The notes beneath the pieces are model-generated. The model made no database searches, was not told the DNA's origin, and saw only the letters and a list, made by a program, of their open reading frames with translations. Of a DNA stretch of 64,000 bases, positions 1-9,134 are shown piece after piece (the first letter of the stretch is position 1; every line of letters starts with the position of its first letter). Both the position numbers and the translations under genes were made by a program. Source of the DNA: Planctomycetota bacterium (GTDB lineage: Bacteria; Planctomycetota; UBA1135; UBA2386); contig OZ245838.1 in the NCBI GenBank assembly GCA_965228735.1, forward strand, positions 5,888,001 through 5,952,000, written 5' to 3'.

Positions 1-234
1 TTCGTCGTCGTCGCGGAGCCGCAGGACGGCGTCGAGGTCGTGCTCGGGACCGCGGAGGTCACGCTCGCTTCGCTCGACGAACTGACGTTCCCCGTGCACG
101 TGTTCGTCGCGGAGGACGTGTATCGACGGGGGATGCGCTGTCGGGTGACGGTGCGATGCGAGACGCTCGCGGGCGACCTCGATGTCGAGCTCGACGACGA
201 CGCGCCGTTGCTCGGGCCGTTCCGGCGCGAGTAG
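1..234 (+). CDS. C-terminal fragment, possibly the Ig-like C-terminal domain of CcoG/FixG
   Basis: Open from base 1 to TAG at 234. Beta-rich and ends ...LLGPFRRE (FixG_C proteins often end in an F/L-x-GP motif). Lies next to a FixL-like kinase. Confidence 0.35.
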   Translation, partial: FVVVAEPQDGVEVVLGTAEVTLASLDELTFPVHVFVAEDVYRRGMRCRVTVRCETLAGDLDVELDDDAPLLGPFRRE

Positions 235-240
235 CCGCGC

Positions 241-1485
241 TCAGTCGGCCTGCGGCAGCGCGACCTTCAGCGTCGTCCCCGCGGTGCTCGTGGCGAGGAT
301 CGTGAGTCGGCCGCCGCAGCTCTCGATCAGACTGCGGCTGATCGAGAGGCCGAGGCCCGTGCCGCCGCTCGCGCGCTTCGTCGTGACGAACGGTTCGAAT
401 ACCCGGTGGATGATGCTCTGCGGGATGCCGGGGCCGTTGTCCTCGACGGTCAGGAAGACGTGTTCGCCGTCGACGCCGCCGCGGATCCGCACGCGCCGGT
501 CGACCTCTCGTTCCCGGACCGCGTCCTTGGCGTTGAGCAGCAGGTTGAGCAGCACCTGCTGCAGCTGTGACGGGCGCGCCATCGCGGTCGGCAGGTCCGC
601 TGGAACCGTGACCTCGAGCTCGATGCCGTGGCGCCGCAGATTCTCGCCGAACAGCCCGACGGTGCGTGCGACCACCTTCGGCAGCGCGGTCTCCTCGAGG
701 GCGTCGGCCTGTGGCTGGCGGCCGCTGCTGGCCGCGAACTCGAGCAGGTCGCGCACGATCTCGGCGATGCGCTGGCCCTCCTCCATCACGATGCGACTGT
801 TCTCCTGGGGGTCGTCGCCGTCCTGGATCAGCTGCGCACAGTTGATCATCGTGTTGATCGGATTGTTGACCTCGTGCGCGACGCCGGCCGCGAGCTCGCC
901 GATCGCTGCGAGGCGCTCGGCCTGGGTCAGCTTGCTCTGCATCTCGTAGCGTTCGGTCAGGTCGGTCAGAACGGCGACGAAGAACTGTGCACCCTCGACC
1001 CAGCCCTCGCCGACGGAGAGATCGATCGGGAACGTCGACCCGTCCTTGCGAAGGGCCTCGACCTCGCGGCCGATGCCGATGATGCGCTTCTCGCGCGTTT
1101 CCCGGTAGCGTCGGATGTAACCGTCGTGCTCCGAACTGAACGGCTCCGGCATCAGGATCTTCGCGTTTCGCCCGAGCACCTCGGCGGCGGTCCAGCCGAA
1201 CATCCGTTCGGCCGCGCCGTTGAACGTCTCGATGAGGCCCGTGGCGTCGATCGTCACGATGCCGGCCGTCGCGGTGTCGAGCACCGCTTGGCCGCGGGCG
1301 ACCGGACCCGTCACCTCGCGCGGCAGTCGCCCAGCGATGAGCGGCATCAGCGCGGCACCGAGACACGTGCCCGCGCCGAGGCCGAGAAGCAAGGCCTGGG
1401 AACTCTCGTGGGCCCAGATGCCGCCCATGAGCAGGGCTGCGCCGGCGGCGAGCCCGGGCCAGACGATGACGCGCAGCCGGTCCAT
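241..1485 (-). CDS. Membrane PAS sensor histidine kinase, FixL-like heme-PAS
   Basis: Two N-terminal hydrophobic segments. PAS motif LMPEPFSSEHDGYIRRY...IIGIGREV..RKDGSTFP. H-box AHEVNNP, N-box QVLLNLLLNA, G-boxes DNGPGI and GTGLGL. Start taken at MDRL (1485). Confidence 0.85.
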   Translation of the reverse strand: MDRLRVIVWPGLAAGAALLMGGIWAHESSQALLLGLGAGTCLGAALMPLIAGRLPREVTGPVARGQAVLDTATAGIVTIDATGLIETFNGAAERMFGWTAAEVLGRNAKILMPEPFSSEHDGYIRRYRETREKRIIGIGREVEALRKDGSTFPIDLSVGEGWVEGAQFFVAVLTDLTERYEMQSKLTQAERLAAIGELAAGVAHEVNNPINTMINCAQLIQDGDDPQENSRIVMEEGQRIAEIVRDLLEFAASSGRQPQADALEETALPKVVARTVGLFGENLRRHGIELEVTVPADLPTAMARPSQLQQVLLNLLLNAKDAVREREVDRRVRIRGGVDGEHVFLTVEDNGPGIPQSIIHRVFEPFVTTKRASGGTGLGLSISRSLIESCGGRLTILATSTAGTTLKVALPQAD

Positions 1486-1592
1486 TCGAGTCAGCCTACT
1501 CCCACCGGGGGCCCGAGACATACGTCGATTGGGCTCGGGAACTACGCAACTAGGCCCGTGTCGAGCCTCGCCGGCATGGGCACAATAGAGGC

Positions 1593-2738
1593 GTGGCCCG
1601 GATCGTGATTCTCGACGACGAAGAGCGTCTGTTGCGGACGCTCGCTCGGTTCGTCGGTCACGAGGGCCACGAGATCGTCACCGGGACGCGGTTCGCCGAC
1701 GTCGAACGTGAACTCTACCCCGGCCAGTTCGACCTGTTGCTGACCGACATCGTCATGCCGGGGACCGACGGCATGGCGGTGCTGCGCGAGGTCGTGCAGG
1801 TGCGCGAGTGTCACGAGCCCGTCGTTCTCGTCACCGGCCAACCGAGCCTGGACACAGCGTCCGAGGCGGTGCGCAGCGGTGCGTTCGATTACATCAGCAA
1901 GCCGATCACGAAGGGTCGGTTGCTCGAGGTCGTGACGCGTGGGCTGCGACACGTCGAGCTGCTCCGCGAACGTGACCGGGCGATCGCGACCGAGATGGAC
2001 GTGCTGCGCAACCTCGCCAAGCTCGGCGAGTCGGCGTCGGTGCTCAGCCACGAGATCCGGACGCCGATCACGAGTCTGCGGCATGCTCTGCGGGCCGTCG
2101 GCGAGAAGCTCGGGCTGTCGGACCGGCAGATCGTCGAGGAGCACATCAAGAACCTCGAGCACATCGAAGGGTTGCTCAACTCGGCGCTCTCGCTGGTGCG
2201 GCCGTTGCCGCTCGACCGGCGGGCGGTGCGGTTCACGAGGGTCGTGCAGGACGCGCTCACGACGCTGCGCGGCCTGCCGGTGGCCGAGCGGCTGTCCGTG
2301 ACCGTGGAGGTGCCGGAGGACCTCGTCGTCGACATCGATCCGGCGCTGTTCCAGGACGCGCTGATCAACCTGTTGCGCAACGCGGCGGAGGCCGGTTCGG
2401 GCGAGGTCCACGCCACCGTGCGCGGCGCCGTGGTCGGCGACAGCGGGTCGGCGTGGACGGTCGAGGTCACGGACGACGGCCCTGGCGTGCCGCGCGACAA
2501 GCGCGGAGAAATCTTCCGCCCGTTCCGGAGTTTCAAGAATGGCGGCACGGGCATCGGGCTCGCGTTCGTCCGCAAGGTCGTCGAGTCACACGACGGCACC
2601 ATCGATCTCCTCGATCGGGCCGATCGGGCCGACCTCGACGGTCTCGGGGCCTGCTTCCGGATTCGGATGCCGGCGGCAACGCGCCCCATTGGCAACCTCG
2701 AGACCGACACCGTCGGGCTCCGGAGGCAGCATGACTGA
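1593..2738 (+). CDS. Hybrid receiver-histidine kinase (REC-HisKA-HATPase)
   Basis: REC motifs ILDDE, LTDIVMPG and DYISKP. H-box SHEIRTP, then NLLRNA, DDGPGV and GTGIGL. Confidence 0.85.
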   Translation: MARIVILDDEERLLRTLARFVGHEGHEIVTGTRFADVERELYPGQFDLLLTDIVMPGTDGMAVLREVVQVRECHEPVVLVTGQPSLDTASEAVRSGAFDYISKPITKGRLLEVVTRGLRHVELLRERDRAIATEMDVLRNLAKLGESASVLSHEIRTPITSLRHALRAVGEKLGLSDRQIVEEHIKNLEHIEGLLNSALSLVRPLPLDRRAVRFTRVVQDALTTLRGLPVAERLSVTVEVPEDLVVDIDPALFQDALINLLRNAAEAGSGEVHATVRGAVVGDSGSAWTVEVTDDGPGVPRDKRGEIFRPFRSFKNGGTGIGLAFVRKVVESHDGTIDLLDRADRADLDGLGACFRIRMPAATRPIGNLETDTVGLRRQHD

Positions 2739-3396
2739 CAAGACAGAGATCTCGCTCGTTCTCGTGGACGACCAGGCGATCGTGCGGGCGGCGTTCCGGT
2801 CGCTGCTCGAGCGCGTGCCGCACTTCCGGGTGCTCGCGGACTTCGGCGATGCCCGTGAAGCGATCGCGGCCGTCGCGGAGTTGCGGCCGGACATCGTCAT
2901 GCTCGACATCACGATGCCGGGGCTCTCGGGGCTCGACGCGGTTGGCCCGATCAAGCAGAGTTCGCCGAGCACGCGGGTGATGATGGCCTCGCAGAACGAG
3001 GGCCAGAAGTTCGTGCGTCAGGCGCTCATGGCGGGCGCCGACGGCTACCTGTCGAAGGACAGCGAGCCCGAGGAACTGGCGATCGCGATCGAGGCGATCC
3101 ACCGCGGCGACTCGTATCTGTCGCCCAAGGTCGCCGGCCGCCTCGTCACGCAGGTGGCGCGCGGCGAATCGCTCGCGACCGACGACGGCAGCGCGCTCGC
3201 CGTGCTCACGCCGCGCGAGCGCGAGGTCTTTCAGCTGCTCGCGATCGGCAAGGCCAACAAGCAGATCGCGCAGGAGCTCGACCTCTCACTCGGGACCGTC
3301 AAGAAGCACCGCGAAAACCTGCAGCGCAAGCTCGACTGCCACTCCGCCGCCGAACTCGCCCGGCTCGCGATCCGCGAGGGCCTGCTGAGCGTCTGA
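2731..3396 (+). CDS. NarL/FixJ-family response regulator (REC + LuxR HTH)
   Basis: ATG at 2731 after GGAGG. Motifs VDDQ, LDITMPG, GYLSKD and LTPREREV...TVKKHRENLQRKL. Confidence 0.92.
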   Translation: MTDKTEISLVLVDDQAIVRAAFRSLLERVPHFRVLADFGDAREAIAAVAELRPDIVMLDITMPGLSGLDAVGPIKQSSPSTRVMMASQNEGQKFVRQALMAGADGYLSKDSEPEELAIAIEAIHRGDSYLSPKVAGRLVTQVARGESLATDDGSALAVLTPREREVFQLLAIGKANKQIAQELDLSLGTVKKHRENLQRKLDCHSAAELARLAIREGLLSV

Positions 3397-3398
3397 CG

Positions 3399-3589
3399 CC
3401 GTACGGAACCTGGTTCATGCTGCCGTACGGAACCTGGTTCATGCTGCCGGCCGCGAGGGCGTTGTCTCGCGAGCGTCTGACGCCGTACGGAACCTGGTTC
3501 ATGCTGCCGGCCGCGAGGGCGTTGTCTCGCGGGTCGCGTTGCGGCGGCCGGCAGCATGAACCAGGTTCCGTACGGTCGGTTCCGTACGG
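3399..3589. repeat. REP/REPIN-like cluster: three direct copies and one inverted copy of CCGTACGGAACCTGGTTCATGCTGCCG
   Basis: Direct copies start at 3399, 3423 and 3483. Inverted copy at 3544-3575. Extra CCGTACGG at 3582-3589. Lies between convergent genes. Confidence 0.9.
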
Positions 3590-4030
3590 TCAGTCTTCCT
3601 TCGCGCGGACCGTCAGCACGGGGATCTCGGACATGCGGACGATGCGTTCGGCGGTGCTGCCGAGCAGCATGTGCTTGATGCCCGTGTGGCCGTGCGTGCC
3701 GATCACGATGAGGTCGCAGTCGTTGTCCGTGGCGCAGCCGAGGACCTCGTCGTGGATGTCGCCGTGGCGCATCTCGGTGCGCACCGTGATGCCCTCGCCG
3801 AGCTTGGCCTTGGCCTCGTCGAGCTCCTCGGACGCGCGCTTCTGCATCTCGTCCTGCAGGTTGGGGAACGCCGTGACCGTGCCGAGACTGCGCATCGGGT
3901 AGGACAGCTCGGCGACGACGTGCAGCAGGATCACCTCCGCGCCGCAGGACTTGGCGAGACCGGCCGCGTAGTGCGCGGCCTGGGCGGCGGGGGCGGAGAA
4001 ATCGGTCGGGCAGACGATGCGGCGGAACAT
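3590..4030 (-). CDS. Universal stress protein (UspA family)
   Basis: MFRRIVCPTDFS...DLIVIGTHGHTG..HMLLGSTAERIVR..PVLTV. Confidence 0.93.
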   Translation of the reverse strand: MFRRIVCPTDFSAPAAQAAHYAAGLAKSCGAEVILLHVVAELSYPMRSLGTVTAFPNLQDEMQKRASEELDEAKAKLGEGITVRTEMRHGDIHDEVLGCATDNDCDLIVIGTHGHTGIKHMLLGSTAERIVRMSEIPVLTVRAKED

Positions 4031-4185
4031 GACCAGGAAAGCGGACCTCGCGCCGGCCGATTCCGCAAGTAGGCTCTTGTACCCATCTCCGGTCGCCGGG
4101 GTCGGCGGCCTGGCCCGTCCCTCCGCCCCCCGCTCGGGCCGGCCGCCCACCTCCTCCGCCTCTCCCGCAGCCAGTCCGTCCCGTC

Positions 4186-5049
4186 ATGGAACTCGAACCC
4201 GAAGGCATCGCTCCGCCGAGCGCGGACGCCGACGAACGGATCGGCGTTGCCATTCGTGAGATCGAGGCGCTGATCGACGACGAACGGTTCGAGGACGCGC
4301 TCGCCGCGATCGATCGGGCGACGGCGAGCGGTGCTGGCAACGAGCTCGACCTGGCCTACCTCGCCGGGGACGCCTGGCTCGCGATGGGGCGGGCGCGCGA
4401 GGCCGAGGACCGCTTCCGTGCCGTCCTCGCGATCGACCCGGACTGCCCCGCCTCGCGGTGCTGGCTCGCGCTCGCGCTGTTCCTGCAGTGGCGGTTCGAC
4501 GAGGCCGACGTCGCCGTCGCTGCGGCGCTCGAGCTGCGCGAGGTGCCCGCCGACGCCCACGTGGTCCGTGGCGCGCTGCTCGAGCGCGAGGGACGCTTCG
4601 ACGACGCGGAGCGCTGCTTCGAGGAGGCCCACGTCCGGTCGCCCGAGAAGCACCCGCTGCCGGTGCGGATGTCGCGCGCGGAGTTCGACCGCGAGGTCGA
4701 CCGGGCGGCCAGCCGCCTGCCGCGACAGTTCCGCAAGGCGCTCGACCGCGTCTCCGTGGTGCTCGAGGACCTGCCGGCCGACGAACTCGTCGACATCGGT
4801 GATCGTGACGAGCTCGCGCCCGACATGCTCGGGTTGTTCGACGGCATTCCGCTGTCCGAGACCAGCGCGCTCGGCGGTGGCGGTGACGACTGGCGGCCGA
4901 ACCGGATCTACCTGTTCCAGCGCAACCTCGAACGCGTCGCGCTCGACCGCGACGACCTGCGCGAGCAGATCCGCATCACGCTGTGGCACGAGCTCGGCCA
5001 CTATCTGGGTTTCGACGAGGACGGCGTCGACGACCTCGGGCTCGCGTGA
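4186..5049 (+). CDS. TPR + minimal zincin metallopeptidase
   Basis: TPR-like helices followed by LGLFDG...PNRIYLFQRN...TLWHELGHYLG (HExxH). Confidence 0.8.
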   Translation: MELEPEGIAPPSADADERIGVAIREIEALIDDERFEDALAAIDRATASGAGNELDLAYLAGDAWLAMGRAREAEDRFRAVLAIDPDCPASRCWLALALFLQWRFDEADVAVAAALELREVPADAHVVRGALLEREGRFDDAERCFEEAHVRSPEKHPLPVRMSRAEFDREVDRAASRLPRQFRKALDRVSVVLEDLPADELVDIGDRDELAPDMLGLFDGIPLSETSALGGGGDDWRPNRIYLFQRNLERVALDRDDLREQIRITLWHELGHYLGFDEDGVDDLGLA

Positions 5050-5101
5050 ACCGTCCGACGCGCCCGGGGCACGAGAGGATCGCCGTGCCGGCGGCGATCG
5101 G

Positions 5102-6319
5102 TCAGCGCGCTTCCACGCGCACGGCGTCGCCGAGGAACGTCATGAGCTCGCGCACTTTGTCGTAGTCGTCGTGCCGTACGCGGAACCACGTATTGACGAG
5201 CCAGCCCTTCTCGAGCGGCAGCGTCGGTGCGCCGGGTGCCGGCACCGCCATGTCGTAGACGAACTCGCCGCACCGGCGCAGCGCGAGCTCGAGGCCGTGG
5301 TGCCGCACGTAGCGGCCGTCGCGATTCGGGCGGATCTGGATCGACCCCGCGGCGAGGCGGCGTGACGGGCTCGCTTCGCTCGGTCGTCCGAGGATCGCGA
5401 GCGCCCATTCACGGTAGACGTCGAAGTCGTTTGCGACGCGATACATGTCCCAGATCATCTCACCCGCCGGCCGGGCGCCGATCTCGGAGAACTTCAGCCC
5501 CTTCGGACCGAAGAACCACTCCATGTGCGTCGCTGCGCCGCGCAGTTCCAGTGCGTCGATCACGCGCCGGCCGACTTCGCGCAGTTCGCGATAACCGTCG
5601 CCATCGATGCGGTTGGTCACGGCGATCTGTGGCGCGACCTTGCGGTCGTTCGCGGCTTCGAGACAGCCTGGGTAGTAGTGCGCAGCGAAGTCGTGGCGCA
5701 CGCCGTCGTTGCCGACGATCGTGTCGTAGAAGCCCTCGTGGCCCTCGATGAACTCCTCGATCGCAGCCGGGCGCTTGGCGCTCGGTCGCAGCTTCTGCAG
5801 CGCGTCGTCGAGTTGCGCGCGATCTTCGACCCGAAACGTCGCGAGCGAACCGAAGCCGGCGAGTGGCTTGAGGATCAGCGGGTAGCCCTCGCGCTCGGCG
5901 AACTCGTGCGCGTCCGCGGCCTTCTTCACCGCCGCCGACTGCGCGCACGGGATGTCGTGTTGCCGCAAGAACTCCTTCATCGCGACCTTGTCGCGGCACA
6001 GGCGCGCCGTCGCGACGGTCGGGCCCGGCAGGGCGAAGTGTTCGCGCAGCGCGGCCGCCTGTTCGACCAGCGGTTCGTCGATCGTCTCGACCCGGTCGAA
6101 CGGCGTCCGGGCGAGCTCCTCCGCGCAGCGCGTGAGTTCTTCGACGCTCAGCGGGTTCTTGCACTGCCGATAGCCGCCGAGCAGGTCGCGGGCGGCGCGC
6201 GACAGGCTCGCTTCGGGTTGCACGCCGATCGCCGATAGCGTGACCCCGAGCCCCGTGAGGCCGCGGAGGAAGCCGTGGTTGTAGACGTGGGTGTCGGGGG
6301 CGAGGAACAGGACGTGCAT
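5102..6319 (-). CDS. ATP-grasp domain protein
   Basis: CRDKVAMKE, GYPLILKP.AGFGS, IEEFIEGHE, HMEWF...FSEIGARPAG. Confidence 0.85.
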   Translation of the reverse strand: MHVLFLAPDTHVYNHGFLRGLTGLGVTLSAIGVQPEASLSRAARDLLGGYRQCKNPLSVEELTRCAEELARTPFDRVETIDEPLVEQAAALREHFALPGPTVATARLCRDKVAMKEFLRQHDIPCAQSAAVKKAADAHEFAEREGYPLILKPLAGFGSLATFRVEDRAQLDDALQKLRPSAKRPAAIEEFIEGHEGFYDTIVGNDGVRHDFAAHYYPGCLEAANDRKVAPQIAVTNRIDGDGYRELREVGRRVIDALELRGAATHMEWFFGPKGLKFSEIGARPAGEMIWDMYRVANDFDVYREWALAILGRPSEASPSRRLAAGSIQIRPNRDGRYVRHHGLELALRRCGEFVYDMAVPAPGAPTLPLEKGWLVNTWFRVRHDDYDKVRELMTFLGDAVRVEAR

Positions 6320-6352
6320 CGGGCCGCCCATCATGCAGCACGCCGCGGCGCG

Positions 6353-6814
6353 TTACGAGCGAGGCTGCACCTTGCCGTCACGCACCGTCAGCACGAGCGT
6401 CACGGGGCCGTCGTTCACGAGCTCAACCTGCATCGAGGCGCCGAAGCGCCCGGTCGCGACCGGGACGCCGTGGTCGGTGAGCGCGGCGGCAACGCGTTCG
6501 TAGAGCGGTTTCGCGAGCTCGGGGTCGGCCGCCGCGGTGAAGTCCGGCCGGTTGCCGCGGCGGAGCTCGGCGGCGAGCGTGAACTGGCTGACGACGAGGC
6601 AGCTGCCGCCGATCGCGCGCACGTCGAGGTCCATGGGCTTGCGATCCGGAAAGACGCGCAGCGCGGCGATCTTCTTCGCCGTCGCGTCCGCGTCGGCCGG
6701 CACGTCGCCGTCCTCGACACCGACGAACGCGAGCAGACCGCGTTCGATCGCAGAGACGGTCTCGCCGTCGACGAGGACGCGCGCGCCGAGAACCCGCTGG
6801 ACCACGGTGATCAC
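6353..6814 (-). CDS. dtd: D-aminoacyl-tRNA deacylase
   Basis: VVQRV, VSQFTL, GNRPDF and FGASMQVELVNDGPVT signatures. GTG start inferred. Confidence 0.93.
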   Translation of the reverse strand: MITVVQRVLGARVLVDGETVSAIERGLLAFVGVEDGDVPADADATAKKIAALRVFPDRKPMDLDVRAIGGSCLVVSQFTLAAELRRGNRPDFTAAADPELAKPLYERVAAALTDHGVPVATGRFGASMQVELVNDGPVTLVLTVRDGKVQPRS

Positions 6815-6893
6815 GCGCGGACGGTAGCTGGTACGCAAACGCCCCGCGACCCTCGACGGGGCGCGGGGCGCGCGAATCGCCGGTTGACGGCTC

Positions 6894-7367
6894 CTACGCC
6901 TTCCGCACGGCGATGCGCCGGGCCTGGGCCTCGGGAGCCTTCGCGACGGTGACCGTCAGCACACCGTTCTCGTAGACGGCGTCGACCTGGTCGTTCGCCG
7001 CGTCGCGCGGCAGCGAGATGGCGCGGACGAAGCGGCCGTAGCGGTGCTCGACGCGGTGCCACTTGCGCTTCGGCTGGTCGTTCTCGTCGGCCTTGGACTG
7101 CGCCTCGCGCGTGTCCTTGCGCTCGGCGCTGACCGTCAGCGTGTGGTCGTGCAGGTCGACCTGGATGTCGGACTCCTGCAGGCCCGGCAGCTCGAACGCC
7201 AGCTCGTAGGCCGTGTCGGTCTCGCTGATGTTCGCGAGCGGGGCGACGGTCTGGTTGCCGCCGGCGAGTCCGTGCCCGAGCCACGCGTCGCTGTCCGAGA
7301 ACAGCTGGAACAGGCTCTGGAACGGGTCGCGCAGGGTCGGGGTCCGGGACTTGGTGGTGGTCAGCAT
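6894..7367 (-). CDS. Small heat shock protein (Hsp20/alpha-crystallin)
   Basis: NISET...ELPG...HRVEHRYGRFVRAISLP...AVYENGVLTV. AGGAG RBS 8 nt before the ATG. Confidence 0.93.
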   Translation of the reverse strand: MLTTTKSRTPTLRDPFQSLFQLFSDSDAWLGHGLAGGNQTVAPLANISETDTAYELAFELPGLQESDIQVDLHDHTLTVSAERKDTREAQSKADENDQPKRKWHRVEHRYGRFVRAISLPRDAANDQVDAVYENGVLTVTVAKAPEAQARRIAVRKA

Positions 7368-7415
7368 TGCGTTCACTCCTTGGGTTGGTGGTTGGGTTTG
7401 CTCGAGTGAATGCGA

Positions 7416-7431
7416 TGCAACGCCTGTGCCA
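7416..7431 (-). promoter_or_regulatory. Sigma54 (-24/-12) promoter of the Hsp20 gene
   Basis: Minus strand reads TGGCACAGGCGTTGCA, matching TGGCAC-N5-TTGCA. Upstream are an AT-rich tract (7440-7470) and the palindrome TGCCA-N7-TGGCA (7530-7546). Confidence 0.8.
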
Positions 7432-7554
7432 TTTCGGCGAAGATAACGTAAGTAACTATATTCATTAGCCTTCCAGGCCTCTGACGCACGGTCGGTGCGC
7501 GGCGTAGAAGTGCCAACATGACATGTTAATGCCAGAACGGCTGGCAGGTCTCGG

Positions 7555-9111
7555 TCAGCTCGGCAGCCGCAGTTTGCGCCGCAGGCGCTCGATCGTCGCA
7601 GCCACGCTCCGGCGCCGGGCGTCGCGGGCCGCGAGCCGTTGCTGCATGAGTGCGCCCAGGGCCGGCCCCGTGAGCGGCTCCTCCCGGCAGTCCTCGAGGA
7701 TGCGGTTCGACCAGCCGGCGAGCCGTTCGAGCGCGGTGTCCTCGTCGCACAGCTTGCCGAGCGTCCGCTGCAGCTTGGCGAGGCGCTTCCGCAGCTTGTT
7801 CAGGCCCGGTCCGGGTGCTGTGGGCAGGACGTCGCCGAAATCGTCGACGAGGTAGCGCAGTTGCTTGGCCAGGAGGCGTGCGGCGTGGAAGTCCTCGACG
7901 GGCGACGCCTCCGTGAGCTCGCGGGCGCAGCGGCGCAGCTCGGTGGCCTGACGCGCGAGCGTCGCCGCGGCGGCCTTCGCGATCGGGCCGTCGTTGGCGT
8001 GCTGCTCGGGGTCGAATGCGGTCGCGAGTTCGGCGAAGCGCTGGCCATCATCGAGGCGGCTCGGCGCGCGCAGCCAGGCCAGCAGGTCGCGGCGAGCTCG
8101 GCTGGCGTTGTCGCGCACCCACGTCGCGACTCGCTCGCCACCGGGCCCGAGGAGCGCGGGCAGCGCGTCGAGCTGAGCGGGCAACGCGGCCACCATCACG
8201 TCGAGATCGCGCACGCGACCGAGCTCGTGCGCGAGAGCGCGCAGGTGCTGCCGCATCCAGCGGGCTTCGTCGACCGGCCAGAGGTCCCGGAATGCCGATG
8301 CGGTCGTTCGCAGCCGACGCACCGCCACGCGCATCTCGTGCACGTGCTCGGGGGCATCGTCCTGCCGCGCGCAGGTCTCCGCCTGTTGCATCGCCCCGAG
8401 GTGCACCAGCAGGGCGCAGCGGATCGCCTCGGTCGTCTTCGAGTCGGCATCGAACGTGAGCTCGCCGCTCGGCAACGCGATGCCGAGCAGATGGGCGGCG
8501 TGCGTCGGTTTGTCGCGGCTCGCGGGCTCGACCTTGAGCGCGTGCTCGAGCCGCGCGGCCAGCAATTCGCACGTCGGGATGTCTTCATCGGCGACGACCT
8601 CCATCTCGATCTCGCTGAACTCGACCGAGCGGCCGGCGCCATGCGCCTTCACCGTGTCGACGACCAGTTCACAGAGATCGCGGCCTTCGACCGTGAGGTC
8701 GCGACTCTCGCGCTCGACGTCGATGCGGAGGATCGGGATCAGCGGTCGGCGCATGACGATCGGTTCGATCGCGTCGCGCAGGATCTCGGGCAGCGCGGTC
8801 GCGGCCGCGGGTGTCGTCGAGGACGGCCAGCTGGCCTCGAGTTCTTCCCGCACGAACAACGCGCCGTCGCGGCGGCCGCGGCGCTTGCACGTGATCGTCG
8901 AGCCGTTGCCGCTGCCGTTGACGCGCACGCGCAGGCCGATGCCGTGGCGGCTCAGCGACCTCAGGCCATCGTCGAGGTAGATGTCGTTGTGGCGGCGTGA
9001 TCCCGAACTCGCGACCTCGGCAGACGACTCGCGGATCACGGCATCGACGCGCGCGATCTCGAGCGGCCGCGTGGCGCGGAGCTTGAACTCGGTTTCGACG
9101 TTGCCGGTCAT
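7555..9111 (-). CDS. CYTH + CHAD domain protein (polyphosphate-binding)
   Basis: N-terminal ETEFK (ExExK) and EIEME. CHAD motifs VHEMRVAVRRLR and FHAARLLAKQLRY. Start MTGNVETEFK. Confidence 0.85.
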   Translation of the reverse strand: MTGNVETEFKLRATRPLEIARVDAVIRESSAEVASSGSRRHNDIYLDDGLRSLSRHGIGLRVRVNGSGNGSTITCKRRGRRDGALFVREELEASWPSSTTPAAATALPEILRDAIEPIVMRRPLIPILRIDVERESRDLTVEGRDLCELVVDTVKAHGAGRSVEFSEIEMEVVADEDIPTCELLAARLEHALKVEPASRDKPTHAAHLLGIALPSGELTFDADSKTTEAIRCALLVHLGAMQQAETCARQDDAPEHVHEMRVAVRRLRTTASAFRDLWPVDEARWMRQHLRALAHELGRVRDLDVMVAALPAQLDALPALLGPGGERVATWVRDNASRARRDLLAWLRAPSRLDDGQRFAELATAFDPEQHANDGPIAKAAAATLARQATELRRCARELTEASPVEDFHAARLLAKQLRYLVDDFGDVLPTAPGPGLNKLRKRLAKLQRTLGKLCDEDTALERLAGWSNRILEDCREEPLTGPALGALMQQRLAARDARRRSVAATIERLRRKLRLPS

Positions 9112-9134
9112 CGGGGAAGTGCTGGCGCGCGGAT

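Noticed and set aside
1486..1592. FNR/FixK box near the FixL-like locus
   Set aside because: No TTGAT-N4-ATCAA match was seen here or upstream of the USP gene.
3399..3589. CRISPR array
   Set aside because: Copies are both direct and inverted, intervening sequences are duplicated rather than unique, spacing is irregular and no cas genes are present.
3417..3902. Small ORFs with repeated PYGTWFMLP / MNQVPYG peptides
   Set aside because: These are translations of the DNA repeat, also seen near 58.3-58.7 kb, and they overlap real genes.
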